The notes: generated by a model not told the origin, from the sequence alone. A DNA stretch of 64,000 bases from Tricharina praecox (GCF_024521635.1 NW_026250409.1:1426001-1490000); one strand, 5' to 3'; shown: positions 1 through 14,388, counted from the first letter of the stretch. Numbers and translations: made by a program.

Positions 1-1478
1 TGATGGTGGTGGTGGTGGTGGATGTCGTTTTTTTTTGTGTGTGGGGGGAGAGCAGAGAGATACATGCTTTAGTAGTCATTAGTACCTACATACGGGAGAC
101 GCCCCACGCTCTCCTTCCCCCGACCCCCCCACTCCGTCCCCAGTCTTCGGTCCCCCACCCCCCGGATGGAAAAACTCTGAGCTGGGGGCGCGCGGGCCAG
201 GCTACGCTCGCTCGACCGACGAGCTTTCCGGCCGGGCCCAGCGAGTAAAGCACGCACGCACGTATGTACACTTACTGTGGTTCGAGGAGGTGAGCGCCTT
301 GGGCCTGCGACTGATTTCTCCAGCAGCCTCCCCCTGTCTGCGCGGCACGGAGTTCGACGAGTATGCCGGCGCTGAAGCAGTCAAGCAAGCAATCAGGCAG
401 ACAAGCAGGCGGAAATTTCTCGGCGAATTGGCTTGTGCCGAGCAGGATGCATCGCATGTCATGTTCGGGTTTCCCGGTTTCCCCTGTTGTCCCCTGGCCT
501 GGCCTGGCCACTACGGTGCCCAGTCGTGTGATGATGATGACGATGATGTTGTTTACTTTCCGACGGGTTCAGTTGTGCGGATGATGAGGTTGGGTGAGGG
601 GATACAGCGTGCAACGCACCGCAAAGTCGGGATGGTCGGAGTCATGACCTGCTTGCTCGTGTGCGGGATGGTTACGGCAGGGGAGATCTGTATGTCAGTC
701 GACGAAGATCTTGTTCGACGCAGGATGATGATGCATAGCATGTAGAGTACCTCGCACACGCGCATCTGGTCCCGCCGCGATATGTCTCTTGTTCTGTCTC
801 GATGTCTCGAATGTAAGGGTGATAATGATGATGTGCTGGCTGGCTGGCCGGCTGGCGCAAACATCTCATTGAGAAAATAAAAAGAAAGAAAAGAAAATAA
901 AAAGAAAACGAAGAAGAAAAACAAATCTTCCGGTGGTGGAGTGATCGTACGTGCAGTGTGCAGTGCGCATTATTGCTACGATGATATCATGGAGCCTTTC
1001 CCCCTCTTCTCCTCCCCCTTCCCCCAGCACACGTGCGGTGGTTCTTTGGATGCAGTGAAACGTCTCGACTCGACTTGGGAATCTAGAGCCCCTCCCCCTC
1101 CGCCCGCGAGGGAACACGCCACGAGGCCCGCAGAGATCTAGAGGAGTTACATATGCGGAAAGTACGCACCTACTCCACTCACACTGCGCAGCTGACGGAG
1201 ATGCGACGTGCAACGAAGCTCAGCGATCGTTCAAACTCTGCAACTCCCAACTCTTGGCCGGGCACACTAGTTGATCAGTTTGACCAGCATCAGCTTATGT
1301 TGTGTGTATGTGCTACCTGGGTACCCATCGCCATGCCTCAATGCCGCTCACCCCCCCTCCCCCGGACTAAGTAAGGTTCACGATCAGGATCTGTTTGGAG
1401 TCTCGGCAGGCACGGGGCCGGCGGGGCGGGGCGGGCGGGTTAGGGTTTTGTGGGATCTCAGAACGTTAGCCTCCACTT

Positions 1479-1600
1479 CTCTGCCTCCCAGTCCTCTGCC
1501 TCCCAGTCCTCTGCCTCCCAGTCCTCTGCCTCCCAGTCCGGTCCAGTCCAGCAGTCCAATCCGGCCAAGTTCGGTCCAGTCTGGTCCAGTCTGGCCCAGT
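1479..1600. repeat. 15-bp tandem repeat (CTCTGCCTCCCAGTC, about 4 copies) decaying into CCAGT/CCGGT pentamers
   Basis: Directly visible; it explains the repetitive ORFs PPSPL, SQSSA and DWEAE. Confidence 0.9.
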
Positions 1601-2411
1601 CCTCCTTCGTCGCGACTCGCGACATCGATGGAGTCCGTCTCCAGGCTCGCTGTTGGGACTTTCGCGCAGCCTTACCGGACCCCTCTCCCCCCTCACGACA
1701 CGACAAACAGGCACGGCCGTGAGCGGGGCCCGCGATGATCGCAATCGACGACGACAACGATGACGATGATGATATTGGTGCTGATGTGATGGGTGGATGT
1801 CAGACCGTGTCGTGGGCGGGCGAGATGATCTACTAGTGGAGAGGGGACGAGAAAGAACACATCATATATGTTTTTAGCTGTTTAGCTGGCAACTCGTCAC
1901 GTATCTAACGTGCTGTTCGCGATGAATCCCCTCCCTTTTTGGCTCGAGCATGTATGTGCAGCGCCGGCTACCTACATGGCAGACACCACCCACACAGGCA
2001 CAGGAAGACTGAGGACATCTGGAAACACACGATTCATATGGTAGTTACATGTCAAAACTGTCGAATCGCTCGGCCGTTCGCTGGAAGAAAAACCAAACAC
2101 ATACATAAAAGATAAAAGAAAAACCAAGCACTACAGACGCCGCAACCGTCCACTGCATATTATTGCCAACACACATCATCCCCAGCGTATATAGTCGCAC
2201 TGTTGCATACAATCATAATCCTTTCGGAACCAACTCGCCCCGGCTAATAGGTAAGCCACCACCTCCGCTTTTCGTGCGACTCCGTACACCACCAGACATT
2301 ACACTATCCGCAACCCCCCTTCGCCCCCCCCCCCCTTGACTGACAAACTAACAGACCATCGTGCCCGTGAAGGCTCGCTGCCAACACCGCGCGACCGACA
2401 TAAATGCTCGC

Positions 2412-2792
2412 TCACAAGTAAGCGGCGGCGGCGGCGACCGCGATTGCTGCTCCAGCGAAGCGTGGGATCCCCGTGGGCATGGCTATGTTCTGGGCTAGAG
2501 GGCGTTTGGTTCTCTCGTCAGTCCCGATTGCTCACTTGATGACGGCGTTGAGGGTCTTTTTATTGTTGGTGTTGGTGTTGTTGCAATTGTTGGGAAAGGA
2601 AAGAGAAGAAGAAGAAGAAGAAAATAAAGACGGAAGGAGAGGGGAGGCCATACAAACGGATGCATTATCGTCGCCGCCGGAACCGCCAATCTTGGCCTTC
2701 TTTGCGCGAGCCTCGAGCTCGTAGTAGTCGTTGGCACTGACAACACTTGCCGCGAGGCCAAGGACAAGGATGATGGCTGATGTGAATCTCAT
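2412..2792 (-). CDS. Very small secreted, probably GPI-anchored protein (73 aa, 2 exons: 2792-2654 and 2494-2412)
   Basis: ATG at 2792. Intron 2653-2495 has donor GTATGG, branch ACTGAC and acceptor CTAG. The 222-nt spliced frame reads MRFTSAIILVLGLAASVVSA-NDYYELEAR-AKKAKIGGSGGDDNASVSQNIAMPTGIPRFAGAAIAVAAAAAYL*: hydrophobic signal peptide, LEAR pro-segment, hydrophobic C-terminal tail. TATAAAG lies about 215 nt upstream on the same strand. Confidence 0.8.
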
Positions 2793-3005
2793 GGCTTGGC
2801 TTTTTTCTTTCTTTGTTGAGGAGTTGTTCGTTCGTTGGTTTCGTTCGTTTGGTTCGTTTGGTTCGTTCGCTTCGTTCGCTTCGTTCGTTTGATTCGTTCG
2901 TTGGTTCGCCTTTTTCTTCGTTTCGTGGTTGGAGAAGCTACAAGGTATGTGGAGTAGGCGTGGTTTGATGTGGCGAGGGGGGGAACGGGAAGAGCACGAC
3001 AACTT

Positions 3006-3012
3006 CTTTATA
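3006..3012 (-). promoter_or_regulatory. Putative TATA box of the small GPI-protein gene
   Basis: TATAAAG on the minus strand, about 215 nt upstream of the ATG at 2792. Confidence 0.4.
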
Positions 3013-6000
3013 GCCCCCAAAGACGCATCGCCACAGTGGCCGGGGTTGGGGAGTGCATGGGGACGAGTCAAGGCAGTAACTGGATCGTCGGTTGTATCGT
3101 ACCCATAAAGGCAGCGATTCTTGTTCTCGTACTCCGCCGACTGATCACGACTGACGCCATACGGCACATAGAGTCTCTCAGGCAAGCACCTTACCTCCCC
3201 CGTGACTTAACGACATCGTATCGCTCGTACTCCGCCTACACGATTACTGATGCATAGGAATGTATTTGACATCTGGCGTCGAAGGATAGTTAACCTATAA
3301 GCTTATGTCACCTTTCAGCTGGCAGGATGCTTATGTCGCGCAGCCGGGCAGGTGCCAGGTGACGATACATACACAACTGCTCCATACATACCTCGTACCT
3401 TCGTACCTACCATACCGTGCCTAGTCGTAATTCCTCTCCGCATCTCCAACTCAACGCCTTGACGGCGCTAGTTCCGCAGCCCCTGCCTGCGTGGCCCCTC
3501 CAGCGTCCAGCGTGAGACTCCCTTAAACTTTCTCGTCGCATTTGGCCGGACCAATGCGGTACCCGGGTTTAGTTGCTGTGTGTACTGTGTCCAAAGTACG
3601 AGTACTCTACCGGGTCCCCAGTGCACCTTGGTGGCTTCCATGCATCACCAGGGAATTCACACATCATAGGTAGCTAAAGACAAGTAGAGTCAAGTCAAAT
3701 CGAGCCGCAAGGATTTCCGCGGATACGGCCGGCGCATCCGAGTAGAGTAGGTAGAGTGTTGTTGAGTGGGAAGGTACGATATGTAGCTGTGCCAGAGCCC
3801 CAGGCTATGTATGGGTGATATTGTATCGTATGTACGACCTATAACGGTGGGTATGATACGGTACTTTCCATGTGATGAAGCCACCGGCCTACTCCGCAGA
3901 TGCACCAGTAACCATCGCGTTCGGCCGTTTCGTACATACGTGAATTACCTACATACCTGTTACCTCTAAGTACAGCCGGTCTTGTCGTGGTCTTGTCGCA
4001 ATCAGTGATTTCGACACACAAACGTCACTTGGTTTTGTTCCATGGTTGTATATGGTTATAGTACCATAGTACCCGGCTAGTGTGGGCACCGTGACCACTT
4101 CCCAAAAGCTTGTTATTTCGGCTACAGCCCTTCGCTTTTAGAGCCTGGGTACCAGGTACACACCAGGTAGGAAGTTAGGCTTAGGAACCAGCGGGCCGAC
4201 TCACACGCAGATGTACTCTACTTGGTGTGACTCCTCGCTAACAAGAGTAAATCCTACCCGAAAGGAATCACAAGTTACAACAGCCTAAATCACCAGCCAC
4301 ACTTGGCGGAGGAGTGATACTCTATGTAATGCAATAGCCCGCCGCCGTTCACCGTACTACAGATGGCTAGATATGGGGGCTCCTCCTGCGACTGGAAAAG
4401 TTTGCGGCTTCGCAGAATTCACCCTCGCTGGTAGATGGGCTGACTTCCCGTATATTCTGGCTACGTTTTACCGTGAGTCCGTGGCGATTTCGGGAGTGGT
4501 GTGTAAATACTTGGAGACGCTCGGAGAGAATACCTAGGTAGGTAACTAGAATTATGGCAACAAAATTACAGCAACAAAATTACGGCAACAGAACTACTGC
4601 AGCCAGTCTTGTATATGCACCCTTCGCGGCCCATGGACAGCTCTGGAATGCCTCAAAGCGACTGCCGAGCCCGCAGACTGATAACTGCCCAGCGACTATC
4701 AAAACCATCACTCATGAGCCCAACTATCTTGCTACTAACATTACCCCAGGTGGTGGTCGGTTAGGTAAGTAGATAATACCAGATTTGACCCGGAGTCATG
4801 CCACTTGGGCTCTACTAAGTACTTTGTACTTATATGTACCGATTCGCACAGCAACAGCCATTGATCGGCCAAAAGCGGTAATACACGTGACTTCCAACTA
4901 TGCAGGTACCTATTATTCCCCCGCTTTGGTAACACCCGCATATGTATCTGCAAGTTGCTGGATACATAGAATCCAGAATCAGGTATCGAGGTGTAGCCTC
5001 TACTATCTAGCAGAGTACCGTTATGTCTGCCAAGTGAAACAAACCGCCTAGGGCGCCCCTCTCGGAGTCTTGAGTCTCGGCCACCCACCGGTTGGAGTTC
5101 TTCACCTCCAGAGCCGGAAACAGACTGGGACTCGCTCGCGGGCGGCAGACGGCGGGCGCCGGGAGTGGTAGGTACGTGTGTATGTAGCGGTACCTAGTGC
5201 GATCATGTGTACTAATACCTACAGGTTACAAGCTACAGGGCCTGCGGGAGAGCAAATTGTTAAATACATAGCAGACAGCACAGCATTATCCATCGGGCCC
5301 GATTCGCGTAATCGTAACCGCGGATACCTATCACGGACGGGTCTCAGACGACAGACGACGAGAGTCTGGATGGGCCTCTGGTTGGGTCTGCGTTAGTGTG
5401 GGAGCGGCTCGTACGATGGACTGTATGTAGTATGTATGGATGTATGAGTGCTATATGTGTATGTAGATACCCGTCTCGGCAAACTCGCTTCCCGGGAACA
5501 CTGATGGGAAGACTGCACGGAACCGCTCCCGGACGGTAGAATGTACTCGGGTGTAAGGGTAAGTGCTGCCTCACCAGTTTTTCCTCCATACAGCTTAGTG
5601 TTTTTCCCCATTACAACTTAGTCACAACCACTCACTCATCTTACTATATTCAGCTTAGTGCACTCCGGATATTGACTAGTGCTTATTTGCGCTCATAATT
5701 CGCAATGGTGGTGAGGCACCACTTATTGGCAGCTCCTGGTACTATATAGTATACGGTACCTGGTTAGGGGTGCAGCGGCTAGCCAGCCAACAGCAGGCTC
5801 GAATCTCGGGTCTCGCCTGGACGGCTCTTCCCCGGCTTTCTCGCTCTCTCGATCGCTCGCTTGCTTGCTTGCTGTCTGCGCTTGGCTTGGGTTTCCCGCG
5901 GGTTCCCGCGCTCTCCCGTACATAGCGTCCCGTGGGTCGTTGGTTCCGTACACAGGTAGATCGATTTGCGCGGGGTAGTTGCATAGGCAGTTGCAACTTG

Positions 6001-9000
6001 CATATCATAGATGGATGGAGGACTTCGCTGCATTGCTTCCCGTCCCCGCCCCCGCCCCCCCGCCCCCCCGCCCCCCCGCCTCCGCACAGACACGCCCAGT
6101 CTCGCCATGGCGTCTCGTCACGTTTCGCTTCTGCGAGAGATATCACGTATGCACGACACGGGGTGCACGCTAGCTACTGGTACTGGTATGTACTACCTAT
6201 GTTACCTATGTTATGTATAGCCGTGGTCTGACCTTGCCGTTGCCTTGGGGCCTGGCCGCCTGGCTGGTGCGGGGGATCGGGGGATTGGAATCGCACCAGG
6301 CTGATGGACCTCTGGACTGCGGGCTGGACTGTGGACTGTACCGTGTACCGTGTACCGTGGCCTGTAGATAGTTACGGTTGATCACTCGCTTCTACAGTTG
6401 AAACAGCACCATTGCGCGTTGCAACGTCGTCATTTCGATCCACCACGCTATCAAGTAACGGCCGTGGGTGGGTGCACAGTGCACAGTACACTAGGAGGTC
6501 TGGACGATCATTTCCCCCAAAGCGGGCCATGGTAATTGTCAGTTCGTGCGTGGGGTGGGGTGCGGCGGCACACGGGTAAGCTAGGTAGGTATGTCGGTTT
6601 CCGGAGGTCGGTCGGTCAATCGGTCGGGATCATGCCTGGTGGGTGGGTGGGTGGGTGGGTGGAATGCGGGGAGGCGAGTCCCCTCGTCTCGTCTCTCGAC
6701 TCCACGAGTCTCCGGTTGAAGTTTATGCATTCAGACATCATCGAGCATCGAACATCGAACATCGAGCACCGAGCACCATGGGGGTTGGGGCTGGGGGGCG
6801 GACGGTGATCTCGCCGTTTTTTTCTGCATCACAGGAAAATATAAATATGAATCACGATTGGGTAATTGTATTATACCCACCTGTATATGTATCCGAACGC
6901 ATGGAGAGTAACCATCTAGCGAAAGGAACCGGTCTGGCCGCAGGTTATATCGCCGCCCGCCTACATGTTCGCCTCATGACCTCTCTGCCTGCCCAATCAC
7001 AGCACAGTCGCCTTTTTGCAGAAAAATAAATATTTTCCAGCCCCGCGCTCGCCACAAATCACCGCCCCTCCCTCGCCTCCCGCCAACCAGCCAACCAGCC
7101 CACCCAGCCAGTCAACCAACCAGCCAGCCAAGCTATCATACATACCATAGCGCAGCTCTCACGCACACACGCACACCTCGTTTCGATGGCCAGCCATTAG
7201 CGCAATGCCACGATGTTGACTTGACTTTTACTCCCCTCCCCTTCCCCTTCTCTCTGAACTTGAAAAGAAAGCTTGTGCATTGTGCATGCAAGCGGCGGGT
7301 TTTTTTCTTTTCTTGCTGCAGCACGCAGCACGCAGCACGCAGCTCACCAGAGGACGACAGGCAGGCAGGCACCCAATGTAGAGTATTATTTCTTTAAGGC
7401 AGAAATCCCTAGAGTAGAGTAGAGTCGAGTAACTAGAGTAACTGGCTAGAGTAACTAGAGTAGATGAGCAGATCTGCATGGAGCCAGGGTCAGGGTCATA
7501 CTTACTTGTTAGTTATCAAGCCACACTATGGGGTACATACATGCATACATACATGTAACTACCTATGGCGGCGGTGGTTATGCATGTAGCATAACGTGCG
7601 GGGTAGTTTGGCCCGCTGGCGGGATGGGAAGGGGGGGATTGTTTTTGGCGATGGAGGTCAATGACCGACGTATGCACATACGAATGATTCATATGGGGGG
7701 GAGCATGGCGGCGGATTATGTCCACGTGCAGAATAAGGGGGAACTTGGACTGGGCAGTGGGAAAAAAGGTCCGGTGTCGACGATTGACGAGCCCGCATTG
7801 GCAGGATGATGGGGTCTCGCTGGCCATTGAGGGCGGCCATGATGTCGTGGGCACGTGTGGGGTCGAGGATCGTGGGATACCGTACATATGTATGTAGATA
7901 TGTCGTATACGTAAAAGCAGCCATCTCGGTCAGGCTGGAGACAGAGGGAGTGACGAAGGGAGGAGGGGGTTGGTCAAGGCCAGACCAACGCGGAATCGTA
8001 CGAGAATCCGGCCAGACTACCTGGGACCATGGCCAGGCCGGCCAATGCTATGTCTGTCCGCCCCGTCAGCCTGCCGTGCGAACTCAAACCAGAGTACTCA
8101 CCACGCACACGAGTGCAGCCAGCCAGCATATGCATTCGCATTCGCATTTTGCGACCTCGAAGAACAAAAAACCTTGGTTTGCCTCATCACCGCACGCCTC
8201 GAGTGGAAGAAAAAAGAAAAGAAGAGGAAGAAGAGAAAACGGAGAAAGGGGATTCTGCGATGGCGACTCCCGAATTGTCCCATGGCACGCACGGCTGCAT
8301 TGGCGTTTATGGGGGTTATCTCCCCCATGTATCGAGCCGCCCGGACCAATCGTTTCCCGCATGCGCCGGGGCGTGCGTGGGTAACTAGGTACACGAACCC
8401 GCATCCGCATCCGAAGTTCCTCCCTCCCTCCATCCAGAAGTCTCTCGTCTGCTCTTGGTGGAGGAAACGGGAGGGGATGGAAGGGAAGGGGAGGGGAGGA
8501 CGGGGGCTATGGAAGCTCGCTCGCTCGTTGCTCTGCCGACCGCGATCGGCGTGTGCGACTGCACTTTCGGGATCTTCGTGCGTGTGCTGCATGCAGCGGG
8601 CGGCACAGCCAATAGTAGCCGCTGCCGCCAGTAAGGAACCGAGGAGTCGACCCGCGCTACCTCCAAAACCGGGCACGACTCTCAGCGTTGCTGCGTTCGT
8701 TCATGGCACACAAGTACTCTACTTACTGACTGACAACCGTGCTCGACCACATATCCCACATCACAAATCCCACATCACACACATCGCATATCCCCCACAT
8801 CACACATAACACATCGCACATCCCGCATCCCACACATCCCGCATCCCATGCTGCCGAATTCACTCCCCGCCCGCCCGCTGTTGCGTGAAATGTTGTGTGA
8901 GATCTCCGATTATCGTGCATATCTCCGGATGTCCGGCAGCACGCGAGTTCAGTTCCGTCGGTCGGCGTCGCGGGGAAGGAGGGGGGAGGGGGGGCGGAGG

Positions 9001-11185
9001 AGGGAGATAGGTGTGCAAGACGGGGGGGAAATTGAAAGTCCAACTTGATCGCCAAGTGGCTACCAACCCCCCTCCCCCTTCCTAGTCGTCTCCCGAAAAG
9101 TCGATATCGGATTCCAGCTATTGCTGCATATGTACGTGTGTATGGGTGTGTGCGGGTGTGAAGTGTGAATGGGTGTGCTCGGAATGGGTGTGTAGTTATG
9201 GGTGTGAATGGGTGTTGTAGTTATCATAAGGGTGGGCTCGGAATGGATGGACTCGTTGTGCAAAGTCACAGAAATCCCATGCAATGTGTGAATCCATTAC
9301 CGGGCGGCCTCGCGGCTCGATGGTCTGTGATTATATGTGCGTGCAGATTTGGTTGCCCGGTCAACTGTTGTGGACCGGTTGTCATTGAGCACCTAGGTGG
9401 GTAACTATAATATAGCATCGTTAGTACTTACTCTACCCGCCGGCGTTTTCTAAAGTCCGGTACGCATGCGGCACCATCAACATCAATAGTAATCGGTTCT
9501 ATCGCGCGGGTGCCAAGACAGCCAGCCAGTAAGCCAGCCAGTAAGCCAGCCAGCCTACCAGCCCAGGTCGACAGGCTGGTGGCCAGTGGGCCACCTATAA
9601 CAGCAGTGGCCACTGGCCACTCACTTCGATGCCAAATGGCCTCAACTAACCAGTTAACTACTCGAAGAGCATACATTGCCAGCCCGACGGCATCGGATTC
9701 TGCCCTTTCCCTTTCACTTTCCCCTTGGCCATCCTTGCTTGCTTGCCTGCTTTGCCGCCTTGTTCGTTCGTGGTCAGACTTGATGGCGATCGTAGAACTG
9801 CCCGTAGAACCGCACATTGAGTTAGCCCGGTACAGGGCTGTTGTGTTGAATGCTTGCACTGCATTGGTAGTGGTGGTGGCGGCGGCGGGCGGCGGATCGA
9901 TCAATCAACGATTGCTGGCTGGCTGACACGATGCCGCCGACGGTGAGGAGCGAGGAGCCACGGCGGACCGTGGCAGGAGGATAACGCTGGAGACTGACTG
10001 CAGGAAGCCTGTTTCCTCCCCTTCCTCCCTGCCTTTTCACTCCAACTGGCTATCGGCCCCAATGTCAATGTTTTCTATAGTATGGACGCCCTTTGGTTAT
10101 TCCATCCATCCATCCATCCTACCTACAGACCTCCAATCTCATCCGCTTGCATCTCGTTGGGAGTCCGCTCCATTTCCGGTGCCATACATCCGAGTTTAGC
10201 TTGGAGTCGAGTTGGTCGAGTTGTTGGTCGAGTTGGTCGAGCCGGTCTCGGCTGACTGACCGACGCCCATCCATGCTCTGCTCTGCGTATAACTAGTAAC
10301 TCATAGAGTATGATAGTGTGGTGATCTGCTCTTTTTATTCCCGTTTCGCAGCCCCTAGGAAAATCCGGGGGCGATACCGTACTCTAGTTATTAGTTAGTA
10401 GCGATCCGCAAATAGTGTAGTACGGTAGTGTTGTTTCCTTCCGACTCACAAGTTCCTCGCCCTGGATAGAGTAGAGTACAGTATGTTAGTGGGGCAGAGT
10501 CGACGGCATTGTATACGATAGATACGATACGATAGGAAAGATAGATAGGCCCGCATCGCTCCCCAAAGATATTTTTTCTCTTTCTCTCCCTGAGTCCCTG
10601 CTGTGCTGTTGCCATCACATCCATACATGCCAAGTGGCAAGTGTCCACTCTTCGCACTTCGCACTTCGTATGTACATCGTGGTTGGGTGTGAGCGTGCGA
10701 GCGTGCGAGCGAGCGTATCTATCTCTCCCACGGACTGTATGTATAGGTGGAGAGCAGCAGCCCTGGGCCTGCAGAGCCGAAACGTATCTATCTATCTACA
10801 TACATACCCGGCAGCTCATCCAATCTTCGGATAGGTACCTCGATATGTAAGCAATAAGTTTTTTCTCTCTTTCGCGTCAAGTCGGTCAAGTCAGTCAGGG
10901 CAGTTTCGAATCGCTCCGGCGGGCCATCCATGGGCATGGCCATCCATATGTGGGCCACTGTCATCGCTCCGCTCCGCAGTGCAGTGCAGTACAGTACATA
11001 CAGTGCAGCGTGCACCGGATGGCTGACTGGCTGGCTGGCTGGCTCATCGCGACTCGATGCTGCTGTACGGTAGTGTAGATAGCCAGCAAGCAGCAGCAAG
11101 CAAGCAGCTATCCGCCCGCCGTGCCGCAACTCCCGTAATTCCGTCAGTCCCGTCTGATTTTCTTGTTGGCTTTTTTTTTCTTCTG

Positions 11186-11217
<32 letters not shown>

Positions 11218-12232
11218 TCCTTTTTCTTTTTCTTTTTCTTTTTTTGCGTGGACGGAAATCCTTGTTTCCCCACGGGTACTGTAGATACTGTACCGTACTT
11301 TCTTCTTTCCCGCCGTTTCTGTCCCCCCGTTTCTGTTTCTGTTTCTGTTCCTCCATAGGTATGTAAGCCTCCCTAGTTAAGCCTTAATAAGCCTCCATGA
11401 GATGAGCCTCCATACATAAAATAAACTACCCAGTCCATGGTGCTTTTCGTACCGGGCCTATGTAGATAGCTAAACTTTACTTGCACATCATCATCACCAT
11501 AATCACCATCATTATCATCATCGTCATCATCTCTTTTATTCCCCCGCGTCTCCCCTTCAAACCTGCAATATCGTTTTCGGATTTGTTTTGCACGCCATGC
11601 CGCTTGGGCCGTGAGATTGGTAAGTAATTTTTCATTACCCATGGTTACGTAGCCCTACGGCGTAACTACCGAGGTCAAAACCCCGCGGTACCATACAGTA
11701 GTATCTAGAGTATGTCCGCCGGTTACCGTCACCATTGAGAAAAGCCCCGTTTAAAGTAACACATCAAAATGCATTCAATTCTATCGATATAAAGATGCGC
11801 CTATTCCGTTGCCCCAGTACCGTATCTAAAGTATTCCAGTCCCGTCCCGTGCCCCCCGTTCTATGGTAAGTCTATCCCCAAGCAAAGGAAAAAAGAAAAA
11901 GAAAAGGAAAAATAAGAAAAGGAAAAACAAGAAAAAGAAAGAGTAAAAAACAAAAGACATATTCGTACAGCCCCCATAAGTGTCAGAAACCAGCCAGCAG
12001 TCCACTTCTCCCGTAACATACCGTGAACCGTGGCTTCCAACCATCCCAGTGGTGGACCTCTCTGCTCTGCAGCAACCAATTCTTCCGTCTGTCCCATCAA
12101 TGAGTCCAAGCCCCACCCAGGCCCCACCCCCCCCCCCCCCCCCAAACACAAAAAAAAAACGCCGACGAAACTCATATACCATACAAAACCACACCTCTCT
12201 ACCAAACAAAGGGGGGGAAAACAATGAATCAA

Positions 12233-14292
12233 TTACTCGAGCCTCTTCTCCAGCTCCTCACTAGGAGTAAGCACCGGTGTCGGTGGAAACTCGGTGTAAA
12301 GTGCCTCATCGCTCTCGGGTCCAGCCGCAAGCCACTCCCTCTTCAGCTCGGTGCCCTCAACGCTAGCATATCGCCAGAGTCGTCTCACAAATCGCTCGCA
12401 GTCGTGTAGCATCAGCCAGTCCGCCCGCGGCAGCTTGATGCTCTCTGGATTCTCCCTCACTTTGGTCCAGTCGGCCTTGTGCCACATGTCGCGGACCTTT
12501 TCACCGCCCTTCTGGGCCTCCTTCACCCGCTCGTAGCGCAGGCGTTGGTAGGTTCGCAGTGCTGTGGGGACTTTCTGGTGCGCGGAGACGGCGGGGTCCG
12601 CGTGCGAGAGGGCGAGACAGGTTGCCAGTGCGCAGCCATCTTCGATGGCTTGACTACACCCCTGAATGCTGGTGGGAAGGAAGGGGTGGGCTGCATCTCC
12701 GAGTAGACAGGTGCGCCCGGCGGGAGTGATCCATGTGGGCAACGGGTCGCGGTGCACAAGCTTCCAGTCGACACAGGAAGGAGTCTTTGATACCTATTAC
12801 CGTTCAGACGTGTTAGTGGATCAAGTGATGAGATAAAGATGAAGGTGGTGGTGGCGATGGTGGTGGAGAGGGGGAAGAGCAATTAATATATCCAAGGAAA
12901 ATACAGCCGTGCTGTACGCAGAGTGCAAGCCGAGGCGAGGTAGAAAATATATAGTGAATAGGGCAAAAAGGAAGAGGTGGAAGAAGAAGAAGAAGAATGC
13001 ATATTCGTGCAAATCCGGGGGTGCACGGGATCGAGAGGAGGAAAACTTACGATAGCCCTGCACCTAGGATCCCAATTCTCGAGTATTTTCAGGACGTCGT
13101 CGATTTTACCGGGGAGGCTCCAGGATTCCTCGATATCGGCATCATCCTGAACACACGGGGGTTGATTAGCCTATATTTCGGGGGGTGGAGTGGGTTTTCA
13201 CCGGAGATAAAGATTATCTCACGGATCGGAATGTAGAAAGACTCACCTTGTGGGTGCAGACCCACGATAGTTCTTTACCTCCTTTGCATGTGGCGACAAG
13301 AAAGTGAACGTCTGGTCCCAGCCCTGCATGTGGATACGAGCGTCAGTCCATGTTCCATAAGCAAAAAAAGGTAAGGACTCCCGGGCGAGCGTATACATAG
13401 CCCCCCCCCCCCCATCAAAACATCCGCTAGTTCCGATGGAAGGATCAGGCGAGCTAGGGAAAAGTGGGGGAAGGGAGGGGAGAATGAAGGGGAGTACTCA
13501 CAGCCCGTATGGGTGTCACCATTCGCAACGAACTCCCTCGTCAAGGGATCGTTTCCGATGCCCGCTTCCTCGACATTGAACCACGCACGATAGACGGCAT
13601 AACCGCTTGTCCTCGGCTTATCGTCATAGCCGAGAACCAGTTTTCGTGCCTTACTGCGGACGCCATCGGCACCGACGACAACGTCGCCCTTGAAAATCTT
13701 GCCTTCTTCCGTGACAACCCAGGCTTTCCCCTCCCGGTCGTCCTCGTGGTATGAGGCTATCCGCTGTCCCATGATGATTGGGATACCCAGTGAGACAGCG
13801 TATTCGTAGATTACGCGGTGAAAGTCTGCGCGGTGACCATTGTACATGGGCCGCTCTGGGCTCGAGGGGAATTTCGGCTGATCCAGAACCCACTCGCCCG
13901 TATGTGTGTGGATACGGAAGACATCATGGTGCATGCACAATGCGTTGAGCTTGTCTGTGACCATTGTGCAATCATATCTGGACAGAATCCTCCCTGCGTT
14001 AGGGCCTAATCGGAGCGTTGGGTGGTTAGCTATTGCCTTATCCCCATATGCAACGCGGACAGTGGAAAGAGCTATGCATGTGTATGTTGTCATCGAATCC
14101 GTGGGTGTGGGGGGAAGGCTTACTGATTGAGATGATATCCCCCAGCTGTTCCCATTTCGCCGCCTTTTCGAGGACAAGCACTTGATGGCCTTTCAAGTGG
14201 GCCTCCACTGCCGCGGTGAGGCCACCGAATCCGGCGCCTACTATGACAAGACTAATGCCCGTGGGAGGGTAGTTGGCAATTGGTGAAGCCAT
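12233..14292 (-). CDS. FAD-dependent monooxygenase (salicylate hydroxylase / FAD_binding_3-like); 5 exons: 14292-14124, 14005-13502, 13323-13247, 13146-13051, 12793-12233
   Basis: GAGFGG dinucleotide-binding motif, GADGVRS (DG) motif and LLGDAAHPFLPTSIQGCSQAIED (GD) motif. GT-AG introns join the separate ORF-track fragments in frame. Confidence 0.93.
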
Positions 14293-14365
14293 GCTTTTTT
14301 TTTTATGTTTTGTTTTGAGGGATGTTTATGCGGCCGAGAAAGACTGGGAGTGGGAGGGGGGGGGA

Positions 14366-14388
14366 GTGTGTGTGTGTGTGTGTGTGTG

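Noticed and set aside
2532..3185. 217-aa minus-strand ORF as listed in the track
   Set aside because: It is a read-through of UTR microsatellites and an intron. The credible gene is the spliced 73-aa product starting at 2792.
7806..8809. Overlapping ORFs of 190-280 aa
   Set aside because: Low-complexity sequence, several frames open, no domain or splice support.
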